Notes under the pieces: generated by a model
The model's database searches: none
The model's input: the letters and a program-made list of their open reading frames with translations, nothing else
Told to the model about the DNA's origin: nothing
Position numbers and translations under genes: made by a program
Shown: positions 1 to 9,268 of the stretch, in pieces
Position numbering within the stretch: the first letter of the stretch is position 1
Layout of the letters: each line of letters starts with the position of its first letter
Assembly: GCA_963800555.1 (NCBI GenBank)
Contig: CAWDBH010000006.1
Location: forward strand, 5,851 to 69,850
DNA length: 64,000 nucleotides
Direction of reading: 5' to 3'
Origin: an uncultured Candidatus Micrarchaeota archaeon
GTDB lineage: Archaea; Micrarchaeota; Micrarchaeia; Anstonellales; Bilamarchaeaceae

Positions 1-1824
1 CATCGGAAAATCCATAACACTAAGAAGTGCCAGCGTCATTCGTGTAATGCATCTTCGGAAGTTGAATGTTCATACTGCAAGGAGATGTTTTGCAAAGAGC
101 ATGCCGAGCCACGATTGGTTTTGATTGGGCACGGACCGTCGATAATAGAAAATACCCCTACAGGGCTCAAACAAGAATATGAAGCTGATTACAGAAAAAA
201 AGGAGGCCACCCCTGTACAAACTGGACAATTATCAATAGTAGAAGACTGAAAGCCGAGAAGCTTTTCAATGAAGCTAAATATGCGACGATTTTAGGGCAT
301 AAGTCGTTAGATGAAGAAATCAAAATTCGTCTCTCATATTTAGATGTTGAAGAACAAAAAGAAATAGAACCAATATTAGCTACTCTGGTTGAACAAGAAA
401 AACATCGAGTTAAACTCCTTAAAGAGGAAGGAGGGACAGAATATGAATTTTCAGCTAAGAGACCTCGGGAAATAGATTTCGATCTTAATGCTTGTGAATA
501 TTGCAAAACTTCTCCAGTTTCGCTTAGTGAATGTTCGTCTTGTGGGCGAATGTTTTGTATGTATCATCGCGATCAAAGAAGCCATAAATGCCCTGCCTTC
601 ATAGAAGAATTAAAGAGGCAGCGAAAAGAAAGTGAAGAAATCAATAAGAACTTGAAAATAGAGAAGGAGAAAATTAACGCCAGGAACCGCTGGATTGCGA
701 TCCTGTTTGTTCTCATAATTGGAGCAGCATTATTCATTTCTGTGATGTCAAGCGTCCTCAAGTATCTCCAACCTTGTTCGGATAAAACGAGAGGTGGTTC
801 ATGCTCTAGTAACAAACCATATTATTGTATGGACGGGGAATTGGTCTACTCTCCGGAACGTTGCGGATGCCCTGATGGATACGCGGCAGAATCAGGAGTA
901 TGCAAGAAACTACTAATTTGTACGGATGGAACAGCTTATGGTAATTGTTCACAAATTCTGCCGTTTTTCTGCGACAATGGAAGCCTAACAAATAATGCAC
1001 AAGTTTGTGGATGCCCCAATTCCGAGATCATAGCTAATGCGACTTGCAAAACACCCCAGAATTGTTCTGACGGCACTTCACATGGCCAATGTTCTACTGA
1101 CAAGCCACTTTTTTGCTTCGATGGCACTTTAACTCAGAACTCTTCCTTATGCGGATGCCCTAATGGCTATTTGCCTGGTGGTCAGGATTGCAGGATAGCA
1201 GTTAACTGTAACGATGGCACTCAAGATTCTAGTTGTTCTTCCAACCAGCCAAATTATTGCTATAATGGGACTCTTTTTGAAAACGCTAGCGCATGTGGTT
1301 GTCCGAATGGTTATCTTCCGCATGGAGATAACTGCGAATCGTGGGGGGATGATTTCTTCTCAGATGTCGCTTCTGACCGAGGCGCTGCATACCAATATTG
1401 CCCTTCACTTAGCGAGTATGCGCAATTAAGATTTTCCACAATGTCGAATAATATTGAGATAAGTCATTACGGCTCAGAAACAGATATGCAGAGTTTTTTT
1501 GGAACTGTTTACAATACTTGGTTCGAAGAAGAGGTTCTGTATCCTGCGGGTTCTTCCCCTAGCGACTATATCGATAATCTCCAGGTTGTAGCTCCACTTC
1601 ACTGGCAAGGGCTCATAGACCCAAAATATGCGTATTATGGATATTACATGGCTGACGGTCCATCATATGAGATATATCAGCCTTGCCCAACGACTGAAAT
1701 CCCCGGGCCAAACATAAATATCTCCCAGTTCTATTCATCAATGGGTTGCTCCTTTACGATTGACACCTCGACATGGTTTGTTGTCGAATTAGCGAGTGAT
1801 TGTCCAGGCAAAGTTGGAGGTTGA
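1..1824 (+). CDS. 5'-partial membrane protein: two AN1-like zinc fingers, one TM helix, four extracellular Cys-rich repeats, C-terminal globular domain
   Basis: Frame is open from base 1. CSYCKEMFCKEH..P...HPC and CSSCGRMFCMYH....HKC motifs; TM WIAILFVLIIGAALFISVM; repeats C.DGT..G.CS..(K/Q)P.(Y/F)C..G.L......CGCP. Confidence 0.7.
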   Translation, partial: HRKIHNTKKCQRHSCNASSEVECSYCKEMFCKEHAEPRLVLIGHGPSIIENTPTGLKQEYEADYRKKGGHPCTNWTIINSRRLKAEKLFNEAKYATILGHKSLDEEIKIRLSYLDVEEQKEIEPILATLVEQEKHRVKLLKEEGGTEYEFSAKRPREIDFDLNACEYCKTSPVSLSECSSCGRMFCMYHRDQRSHKCPAFIEELKRQRKESEEINKNLKIEKEKINARNRWIAILFVLIIGAALFISVMSSVLKYLQPCSDKTRGGSCSSNKPYYCMDGELVYSPERCGCPDGYAAESGVCKKLLICTDGTAYGNCSQILPFFCDNGSLTNNAQVCGCPNSEIIANATCKTPQNCSDGTSHGQCSTDKPLFCFDGTLTQNSSLCGCPNGYLPGGQDCRIAVNCNDGTQDSSCSSNQPNYCYNGTLFENASACGCPNGYLPHGDNCESWGDDFFSDVASDRGAAYQYCPSLSEYAQLRFSTMSNNIEISHYGSETDMQSFFGTVYNTWFEEEVLYPAGSSPSDYIDNLQVVAPLHWQGLIDPKYAYYGYYMADGPSYEIYQPCPTTEIPGPNINISQFYSSMGCSFTIDTSTWFVVELASDCPGKVGG

Positions 1825-1866
1825 TCCAGAAAAAAGCATATATACGTCTTCTGCCCATAGCATCAC

Positions 1867-4374
1867 ATGGCAAAGCATCAGACTCTCGGAGATAACGTCA
1901 TCCCATCGAGATATACCCTCGTCTTCGAACCGGACCTCAAAACCTTCAAGACGACAGGCAGCGAAACCATCGAATGCACTGTCAGGAAGGAAACCACGAG
2001 AATAATCCTCAATTCAAAGGAGATAGAGATCAAAAGCGCCACAGTCAAATCGAACGGCGCCACGCAATCCGCATGCGTTAACGAGGACAAGGAGCTGGAG
2101 AGGGTCGAGCTCGTCCTGGCCACTCCGGTCGAAGGCCCGATAGAGATAGAAATCGATTTCACCTGCATCAACAACGACAAAATGTACGGGTTCTACAGGA
2201 GCACGTATGAAGTGGATAAAAAGCAGAAAACCCTGCTCAGCTCGCAGTTCGAGGCGGCCAACGCGCGCGCCGCTTTCCCTTGCTTCGACGAGCCGGAGTT
2301 CAAGGCCGTATTCAAACTATCAATGAAGATCGACAAGAACCTCAGTTCGATATCCAACATGCCGGCCCTCAAGGAAATCAGTTCTCAAAACAAGAAGCTC
2401 ATCGAGTTCGACGAGACGCCGAAGATGTCGAGTTATCTGCTCTATCTCTCGGTGGGCGAGTTCGAGATCCGGGAAGATAAGGTAGGAAAGCTAATCATCC
2501 GGGTCATAACCACTCCGGGCAAGGGGAAATTCACAGAGCTTCCGATGCAATACGCCAAGGAGTCGGTCAAATGGCTGCAGGAGTATTTCGGAATAGACTA
2601 TCCGCTCCCTAAGCTCGATTTCATAGCCATACCAGATTTCGCGGCCGGGGCCATGGAGAACTGGGGCGCGATCACATTCAGAGAAATAGCGCTGCTGGGC
2701 GAAGAGAAGACCGCCCTGTCCAACAGGCAGTATATCGCGAGCGTGATAGCGCACGAGACCGTCCACCAATGGTTCGGGGACCTGGTGACCATGAAATGGT
2801 GGGACGACATATGGCTGAACGAGAGCTTCGCCGAATTCATGAGCAACAAGTGCATGGACGAGCTCCATCCAGACTGGGATTTCGGCATACAGTACATAGA
2901 GAACACAGTCGGGACCGCGTTCGCGGCAGACGCATTGAAAAGCACGCATCCTATAAGCGTGGATGTGGCCGACGTGGGCGCCGTGGATTCGGTCTTCGAT
3001 GCCATAAGCTACCAGAAAGGTGGGAGCATCCTGCGCATGCTAGAAGATTTCGTAGGCAAAGAGATATTCAAGGACGGGCTCCACCGCTATCTGGAGAAGC
3101 ACGCCTATTCCAACGCGACCAAGCATGACCTATGGGATGCCATCCAGGAAGCGTCAGGGAAGAAGATCCGGGTCTCGGATATCATAGAGAGCTGGGTGAT
3201 GAAGCCCGGCCATCCATTGATCCATGTGAAAGAGGTGCCTGGCGGGTTCTCCCTGGAGCAAGAACGATACATGCTGCTGGGAAGCGAGAAAGATAATTGG
3301 CCGATCCCATTGCATTACCTGGATGAGAGCGGAGTTTCAACAATGTTAATGAAGGAGAAAACCCAGAAGCTGAAAGGAAAAAACTGGGTGATGCTGAACT
3401 ACGGGCAGAAAGGTTTCTATAAAGTGAAATACGAAGGCGATTTACTCGATAAAATCGGAAAGCTCATCAAAGAGGACAGGATAAGCGACATAGACGCCTG
3501 GGGCGTGGAGAACGACATGTTCGCTTTCGTCCGATCGGCCAGGATAACCGTGGATGACTACATAGATTTCGTTGAGAAATACTGCATGGACAAGGGCTAT
3601 CCGACCAATTCCAGCATCTCCTCCCATTTCACCTGGCTCTGCTTCATGGGATATGAGAAGAAATTCGGTGAGAGGGCGAGAATAGCAAGCATAAGATTCC
3701 ACAAAAAGATGCTGAGCGAACTCGGATGGGAGAGGAAAAAGGAAGACGGCGTCATAGAGACCCAGCTTCGGAGCGGCGCCATAGGCAGCCTCGGGTTAGC
3801 CGGGGACAAGGATACCCTGGCAAGGGCGAAAAAGGAATTCGATTCTTTCGTCAAAGACGGGAAAGAGATAGATGCCAATATCCGCGGAGCGATCTACGCT
3901 CTCAACGCCTGGCAGGACGGGAAATTCTTCGACCTGTTCCTGAAAAGATACAAGGAGGAGCCTGCTCCGGACGAGAGGAGGAGGAACCTCATGGCTTTAG
4001 GCAGGTTCAGCGATTCGGTTTTACTATACAAAACGCTGGAGCTGAGCGATTCCGATGAGGTGAGATTGCAGGATTCCTTCCTGCTTCCGGCCATGGTATC
4101 GAGGAACCCGATAGGGAAGCCGCTCATCTGGGGCTGGACGAAGAAGAAGTGGAAATCGTTCATGGGGAAATACGACTCAGGGACCCACATGCTTGCGGGT
4201 TTTGTGGATGACCTGGCGGCAGCCTCGGACGAAAAGACATTCGAAGAGATAAGGGGGTTCTTCGAAGATAAGAAGAACCGGCGCAGCGACATGGAGATGG
4301 AGCTCAGCCACACCTTGGAGAAAATAGAGACGAACATAAAGTTCATGGAGAAGAATTCCGAAAGCTCAACCTGA
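1867..4374 (+). CDS. M1 family zinc aminopeptidase (tricorn-interacting factor F2/F3 / PepN-like)
   Basis: GAMEN motif, HETVHQWFG-x-WLNE (HExxH-18-E), SYQKG, ERAP1-like C-terminus. Confidence 0.95.
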   Translation: MAKHQTLGDNVIPSRYTLVFEPDLKTFKTTGSETIECTVRKETTRIILNSKEIEIKSATVKSNGATQSACVNEDKELERVELVLATPVEGPIEIEIDFTCINNDKMYGFYRSTYEVDKKQKTLLSSQFEAANARAAFPCFDEPEFKAVFKLSMKIDKNLSSISNMPALKEISSQNKKLIEFDETPKMSSYLLYLSVGEFEIREDKVGKLIIRVITTPGKGKFTELPMQYAKESVKWLQEYFGIDYPLPKLDFIAIPDFAAGAMENWGAITFREIALLGEEKTALSNRQYIASVIAHETVHQWFGDLVTMKWWDDIWLNESFAEFMSNKCMDELHPDWDFGIQYIENTVGTAFAADALKSTHPISVDVADVGAVDSVFDAISYQKGGSILRMLEDFVGKEIFKDGLHRYLEKHAYSNATKHDLWDAIQEASGKKIRVSDIIESWVMKPGHPLIHVKEVPGGFSLEQERYMLLGSEKDNWPIPLHYLDESGVSTMLMKEKTQKLKGKNWVMLNYGQKGFYKVKYEGDLLDKIGKLIKEDRISDIDAWGVENDMFAFVRSARITVDDYIDFVEKYCMDKGYPTNSSISSHFTWLCFMGYEKKFGERARIASIRFHKKMLSELGWERKKEDGVIETQLRSGAIGSLGLAGDKDTLARAKKEFDSFVKDGKEIDANIRGAIYALNAWQDGKFFDLFLKRYKEEPAPDERRRNLMALGRFSDSVLLYKTLELSDSDEVRLQDSFLLPAMVSRNPIGKPLIWGWTKKKWKSFMGKYDSGTHMLAGFVDDLAAASDEKTFEEIRGFFEDKKNRRSDMEMELSHTLEKIETNIKFMEKNSESST

Positions 4375-4397
4375 AAGGCATCATCGCTTTCATCAAT

Positions 4398-5873
4398 TCA
4401 TGCCGCGGGGGCAGGCTTCTTCTTCCTGAACTTGAAGTACCAGACCGCGATCACGATCAGCACCGCTCCGACGAGGATCGGGAGCAGGCTCACGGGGTTC
4501 TGGACCTCAGGGTACACGTTCATCTCCTGCGTGAACGTCTTGTTCTTCCATTCCCCGGACGGGTCGCGGTACCCGACATTTATCTCGACCGGATAGGTCC
4601 CCGCGGAAGCGTTGACCGTTGTCGAGAACTGCACCGTGGAGAAATCGCCGCTCTGCAGGACGCCTATGTCCTGCGTGGGGGATACATCCAGGGTCTGCAG
4701 GGCGGGCGAGCTGACCGAGACGTCCACGTTGTCGATGCTGTACGAGCCTAGGTTGGAGACCTCAACTGATATCGTCTGGTCCTGACCCGTCGTCACGGGC
4801 AGCGGCTTGGCATCCAGGTTCACGCTGACGTCCGCGTCCGAAGTCACGGTTATCGGCACGTCCATCGCGGATTCCTTCTGCACGTCGTTCTCCACCCAGG
4901 ATATCGGTGAGGAGATCGTGTTGACGCCCGGTGCGAGCGCGGTGTTCACTACGACCGACACGGTCGAGGATCTGCCCGGCGATATGTCTCCGAACTTCAG
5001 CTCGTTCTGGTCCTTCAGGCTTATGCTGGAGGGGAACGAGAGCCTGAAATCCTGCAATGTGTCAGGGCCGTCGTTCTGTATCTCGATGGTCAGGTTGCTG
5101 TCCTTCTTGGTGATGACCTCGCTCATCTGGGTGATCACGAGGTCGAGCTTCTCGCTCCGTATCGTCACCCTCATGGACGACGCTCCGGTCTGCAGGTTGC
5201 CGAGCTCGTCGTTGTACTGCAGCAGAAGCGGCACGTCCGTGGGCCCGTCCGGCGCGTTGCGCGAATCGAGCATCACGCTGAACGGCATGGACTGGTTATC
5301 GTCTATCTCAGGTATGAATATCTGATCCACGCCGTAGAACTGCACCTCGGAGCCGTTAATCGGGATGGTGATCTTCAGGTTCGTCGCCTTGCCTCCGTGG
5401 TTGGATATCATCATGGTGGCGTTGTCGATCCCGCTCAGGGTGTTGTTCGATATAGAGAGCGAGATCTTCGGGCTGTCCACCACTGTGACTGGGATAGAGG
5501 CCGTGTTGACCGTCTGGTGGGGCTCGCCGTTTGACACCTGGCCGACGAATCCTGTGAAGAATACGTTGATCAGGTAGACGCCCGGGGCCGCATCCGGCTT
5601 TATCGTGAACGGTATGGTCACGACCGTGGAGCCGCCGTCGCTGATGTCAGCCATGTTCGGCGCGCTCGTAACTATGATCTCCGGCGGATTGTTTATGCTC
5701 ATGGTGATGGCCGAGGCCTGCTCTGCTCCGGTTGGGTTCGTGACCGTCACCGTGGCCACTCCAGTGGCTCCAGGCTGGTAGATGTTGCTGGATATCGTGA
5801 ACCCGTTCACGGACAATCCGGCGAAGCACACTCCCGCCACAATCAACAATATCATCAATTCCTTCAGTTTCAT
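4398..5873 (-). CDS. COG1361 S-layer-domain / Ig-like membrane-anchored protein
   Basis: Signal peptide, repeated Ig-like beta units (N.G...A....G.I.PG.S), C-terminal TM plus basic tail; AGGTG upstream of ATG 5873. Confidence 0.8.
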   Translation of the reverse strand: MKLKELMILLIVAGVCFAGLSVNGFTISSNIYQPGATGVATVTVTNPTGAEQASAITMSINNPPEIIVTSAPNMADISDGGSTVVTIPFTIKPDAAPGVYLINVFFTGFVGQVSNGEPHQTVNTASIPVTVVDSPKISLSISNNTLSGIDNATMMISNHGGKATNLKITIPINGSEVQFYGVDQIFIPEIDDNQSMPFSVMLDSRNAPDGPTDVPLLLQYNDELGNLQTGASSMRVTIRSEKLDLVITQMSEVITKKDSNLTIEIQNDGPDTLQDFRLSFPSSISLKDQNELKFGDISPGRSSTVSVVVNTALAPGVNTISSPISWVENDVQKESAMDVPITVTSDADVSVNLDAKPLPVTTGQDQTISVEVSNLGSYSIDNVDVSVSSPALQTLDVSPTQDIGVLQSGDFSTVQFSTTVNASAGTYPVEINVGYRDPSGEWKNKTFTQEMNVYPEVQNPVSLLPILVGAVLIVIAVWYFKFRKKKPAPAA

Positions 5874-5887
5874 TTTTTGCACCTTCC

Positions 5888-7360
5888 TTAGTCGATCATT
5901 ATCTCCACGCCTCTCTTCGTCTCCTTGACGTGGATGAGGAGCGCGAGCGCGGATCCCGCCACCAGCACGCAGCCGGCGACGAGGAATACGAAATGGTATC
6001 CGAGCATCTGCGCCTTCATTATCATGAGAGTCACTATCTTCTCCAGCATCAACGGGTCCGTGGTCCGGACCACGCTGTACTGGGCCACATTCAGCAGGCT
6101 GGAGTTCGTGGCATTGTTGAGCAATGTCGTGAACAGGGCTATGCCGAACGCCCCGGATATGTTCCTGGCGAGCGCGAGGATGGACGAGGCTATGCCTATC
6201 TCGCTCTCATCCACGGCTGAAGCTATGATGTTGGTCCTCTGCGACATGCCGAACCCCATGCCGAAAGCCATGATGCTCACCGGTATGATCACGTCCAATG
6301 CCGATGACCTGGGGTCCAGCCTCAAGAACATGAATACCCCGATCCCGGCTATGAGCGTGCTCGCGGCTATCACGTACCTGGGTTCCACCTTCCCTATGAA
6401 CATCACCCCTATGGGGGCGGCCAGCATGAGCATGAACGCCATGGGCATGAAGAGGTACCCCGTCTGGGTCGCGTCGTATCCGAGATAGGTAGTCGCGAAT
6501 ATCGGTATGAGGAAGACGCTGCCCATCATGCCCATGAAGATGATGACGTTGTTCACGAGCGTCGCGTTGAACGCGCTTATCTTGAAGAACTTGAAGTCCA
6601 CTATTGGTTCTGGGTGGTCGACGTCTATGCGGTAGAATATGTAAGCGAACAGCGCGCACACCACGTAGCATGCGATGGCTGGGGTCGAGAGCCATCCCCA
6701 CGTGACTCCCTGGTCCAGAACCAGCACGAGGGCGGACAACGCGATGCCCAGTGTGATCGCCCCCCACCAGTCGAATTTCACGGTCTTCTTCTCGGAGACC
6801 GATTCCTTCACGAATATGAGCGCCATCGCGAGGCCCAGCACCCCGACGGGCAGATTGACCAGGAATATCGACCTCCAGCCGAACGTATCTATCAGCGGCC
6901 CGCCTATCAGCGGCCCGAAGACGCTCGCGGCGGCGAACGACGCGGACCACAATCCCAGCGCTTCCGCTCTCTCCTTGCCCTTGAAAGTGACGGCGAGTAT
7001 GGCCATGGCCGTCGGATAATCAGCCGAGCCGGCTATCGCCTGGATGATGCGGAAGCTGATCATCGATGTCAAGTTCCACGCCATGCCGGCCAGCACCGAG
7101 CCGATGATGAAAATCGTGAATCCTAGTATGTATACTTTCTTACGGCCTATCGTGTCGCCTAATTTCCCCCAGATGGGCACGAAAATCGCGTTGGCCAGGA
7201 TGTACGCTGTCGCTATCCAACCTGCCTCCGTGAATGTGATGCCGAAATCGCTCATGATCTTCGGTATGGCCAGGTTCACTATGGTCTGGTCCAACCTGCC
7301 GAGGAATGTCCCTATTATGACTGTAAGGAGTATCCACCAGCGAAGGTTGTCCGAAACCAT
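5888..7360 (-). CDS. MFS DHA2 (EmrB/QacA-type) efflux transporter
   Basis: LDQTIVNLAIP, GKLGDTIGRKK MFS motif A, WRSIFLVNLPVG, ~14 TM. Confidence 0.93.
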   Translation of the reverse strand: MVSDNLRWWILLTVIIGTFLGRLDQTIVNLAIPKIMSDFGITFTEAGWIATAYILANAIFVPIWGKLGDTIGRKKVYILGFTIFIIGSVLAGMAWNLTSMISFRIIQAIAGSADYPTAMAILAVTFKGKERAEALGLWSASFAAASVFGPLIGGPLIDTFGWRSIFLVNLPVGVLGLAMALIFVKESVSEKKTVKFDWWGAITLGIALSALVLVLDQGVTWGWLSTPAIACYVVCALFAYIFYRIDVDHPEPIVDFKFFKISAFNATLVNNVIIFMGMMGSVFLIPIFATTYLGYDATQTGYLFMPMAFMLMLAAPIGVMFIGKVEPRYVIAASTLIAGIGVFMFLRLDPRSSALDVIIPVSIMAFGMGFGMSQRTNIIASAVDESEIGIASSILALARNISGAFGIALFTTLLNNATNSSLLNVAQYSVVRTTDPLMLEKIVTLMIMKAQMLGYHFVFLVAGCVLVAGSALALLIHVKETKRGVEIMID

Positions 7361-7361
7361 C

Positions 7362-8042
7362 TTAGCGGTACACCCACATCTTGGCTGACATGCCGTTCTT
7401 GAGCTCAGGGTACGCCTTGGTGTCGAACAGGACGTTCACGTCGAAATTCTGCTCCTGCCTTGCGTCCGATATCGAGAACACTATGTCGGATTGGACCGAT
7501 GTCTGGCCGACGGTCTCTACCACGCCCTGGTACTGCTTGCCCGGGAAGGCGTCCACCGTGAAGACCACCTTCTGCCCTGGCTTGATGTACTGGAGTCCCT
7601 TGTCCTCCTCCAGGGTGCCGACGACCCGGTACTGCTGCGGGTCCACCATCTGCACGACTGGCGTGCCCGGGGCCGCGAGCTGGCCCGGGGTATCCGTGAT
7701 CGAGACTATTATGCCGGATGTCAGCGCCGTTATGGTCTCGTTGCCCACGACCGCGAGCTTCTGGCCCTGCGATACCTGGTCGCCCACATTCACATAGAAC
7801 TTCTCGATCAGCCCTGGCTGCGTGGGGCTCAGGGCGATTATCGGGGCCACGATCTGCGAATTCTCTATGTAGACCTGGTTCTCCGTGCTTATGATGTACC
7901 ATACCCCGATGACTATCACCGCGATTATGATGATCAGTGCCGCATCGAAGATCAGCGGGTGGCTCTTTATCGTGTCGAAAAGCCCCTTCCGTTCATGCTC
8001 CGCCTTCTGAGGGGGAGGAATCTCTTGTTTATGGTCGCTCAT
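7362..8042 (-). CDS. HlyD/EmrA-like membrane fusion (adaptor) protein, short form
   Basis: N-terminal TM, lipoyl motif VGDQVSQGQKL, IKPGQKVVFTVDAFP, LKNGMSAK; GGTGA upstream of ATG 8042. Confidence 0.85.
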   Translation of the reverse strand: MSDHKQEIPPPQKAEHERKGLFDTIKSHPLIFDAALIIIIAVIVIGVWYIISTENQVYIENSQIVAPIIALSPTQPGLIEKFYVNVGDQVSQGQKLAVVGNETITALTSGIIVSITDTPGQLAAPGTPVVQMVDPQQYRVVGTLEEDKGLQYIKPGQKVVFTVDAFPGKQYQGVVETVGQTSVQSDIVFSISDARQEQNFDVNVLFDTKAYPELKNGMSAKMWVYR

Positions 8043-8044
8043 AT

Positions 8045-8497
8045 TCACCAACTCAATTTCGAAATTAACCTGCTGACATTCTCCAGTGACTGGCAAAGCT
8101 CTTCTGTCTCTGCATCGTTCAGCGTGGAGATATTCTTTTTTATGCTCTCCTTGATCGATTTACCGTTATTAGCCAGGAATTTCTTTCCTGTTTCTGTGAT
8201 CGCTATCCGGACAACCCTGCGGTCGCTCTTGTCCGCGAGCCTCGTGACCTTCCCCTCCGCTATGAGGTTGTTGATTATGGATGTCATGTTCGGCTTGGAG
8301 CGGTGCAATCTGTTCCCGAGCTCGGACATCGTAAGGTCGCCATGCTTCAGGAATCCCAATGCCCAGTATTGCGGATCCAGGAGCGCCGGTCTCGGCCCTT
8401 CCGAATCGCGGCACCGCATGATGAGGAAAACCCTCACCAGCTGCACTATGTCCTCTGATATCTTCTCGGAGTTATCCATAGCATCCCTGCTGGTCAT
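8045..8497 (-). CDS. MarR family transcriptional regulator
   Basis: wHTH plus DRRVVRIAITETG motif; first gene of the efflux operon. Confidence 0.9.
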   Translation of the reverse strand: MTSRDAMDNSEKISEDIVQLVRVFLIMRCRDSEGPRPALLDPQYWALGFLKHGDLTMSELGNRLHRSKPNMTSIINNLIAEGKVTRLADKSDRRVVRIAITETGKKFLANNGKSIKESIKKNISTLNDAETEELCQSLENVSRLISKLSW

Positions 8498-8707
8498 CTC
8501 GATTATTAGTTAAAATTATGAATAGTTAAGCTTTTTAACTGATGCAAAACCCTCTTCCTGCACGGATAACATTGAGTCTGTCTTATAAACGTGTTGACAA
8601 AACCTTTCTGATCGCAGGGGCCTTTAGGCTGGACTTCTCGTTGATGCCTATCTTGAAAAAGCCTGATTTATAAAAGAAATATGAGATTCAGGTGAAAGGG
8701 GAACTCT

Positions 8708-9268
8708 ATGGCATTGGATATCGTTGTAATCTCGGTCGGCGCGATTCTCTTAGTCATCATTCTCGGCTTCATAGTAATCTTCAACTCTTTGATCACCGCA
8801 AGGCAGAAAGTGAAGAACGCGTGGGCGCAGATAGACGTGCAGCTGAAAAAAAGGGCAGACCTGGTCGGCAACCTGGTCGAAGTTGTGAAAGGATACTCCA
8901 AATACGAGAAGAAACTTCTCACGGACATAACGCAAAGGAGGGCGAATGTGATGAATTCGTCGGATCCCTCACAACTCATAGCCGAGAGCAACGGCCTGGC
9001 ATCCAGCCTGAAAAGCGTGTTCGCGGTGGCTGAGAATTACCCTGACCTCAAAGCCAACGAGAATTTCCTCGAACTGCAGAGGCAGCTCTCGCAGCTGGAG
9101 GACAGCATCGCATACGCAAGGATGGTGTACAACGACGTGGTGACCATCTACAATACTTTGATCATGACATTCCCCCAGAACCTGGTCGCAGGGCCTCTGG
9201 GATTCAAGGAGAACAAACTGCTCGAGACGGATGAGATCCAGAGATTGGCTGTGATCGTGAAACTATGA
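8708..9268 (+). CDS. lemA: LemA family protein
   Basis: NAWAQIDVQLKKRADL, AVAENYPDLKANENF, FPQNLVA. Confidence 0.95.
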   Translation: MALDIVVISVGAILLVIILGFIVIFNSLITARQKVKNAWAQIDVQLKKRADLVGNLVEVVKGYSKYEKKLLTDITQRRANVMNSSDPSQLIAESNGLASSLKSVFAVAENYPDLKANENFLELQRQLSQLEDSIAYARMVYNDVVTIYNTLIMTFPQNLVAGPLGFKENKLLETDEIQRLAVIVKL

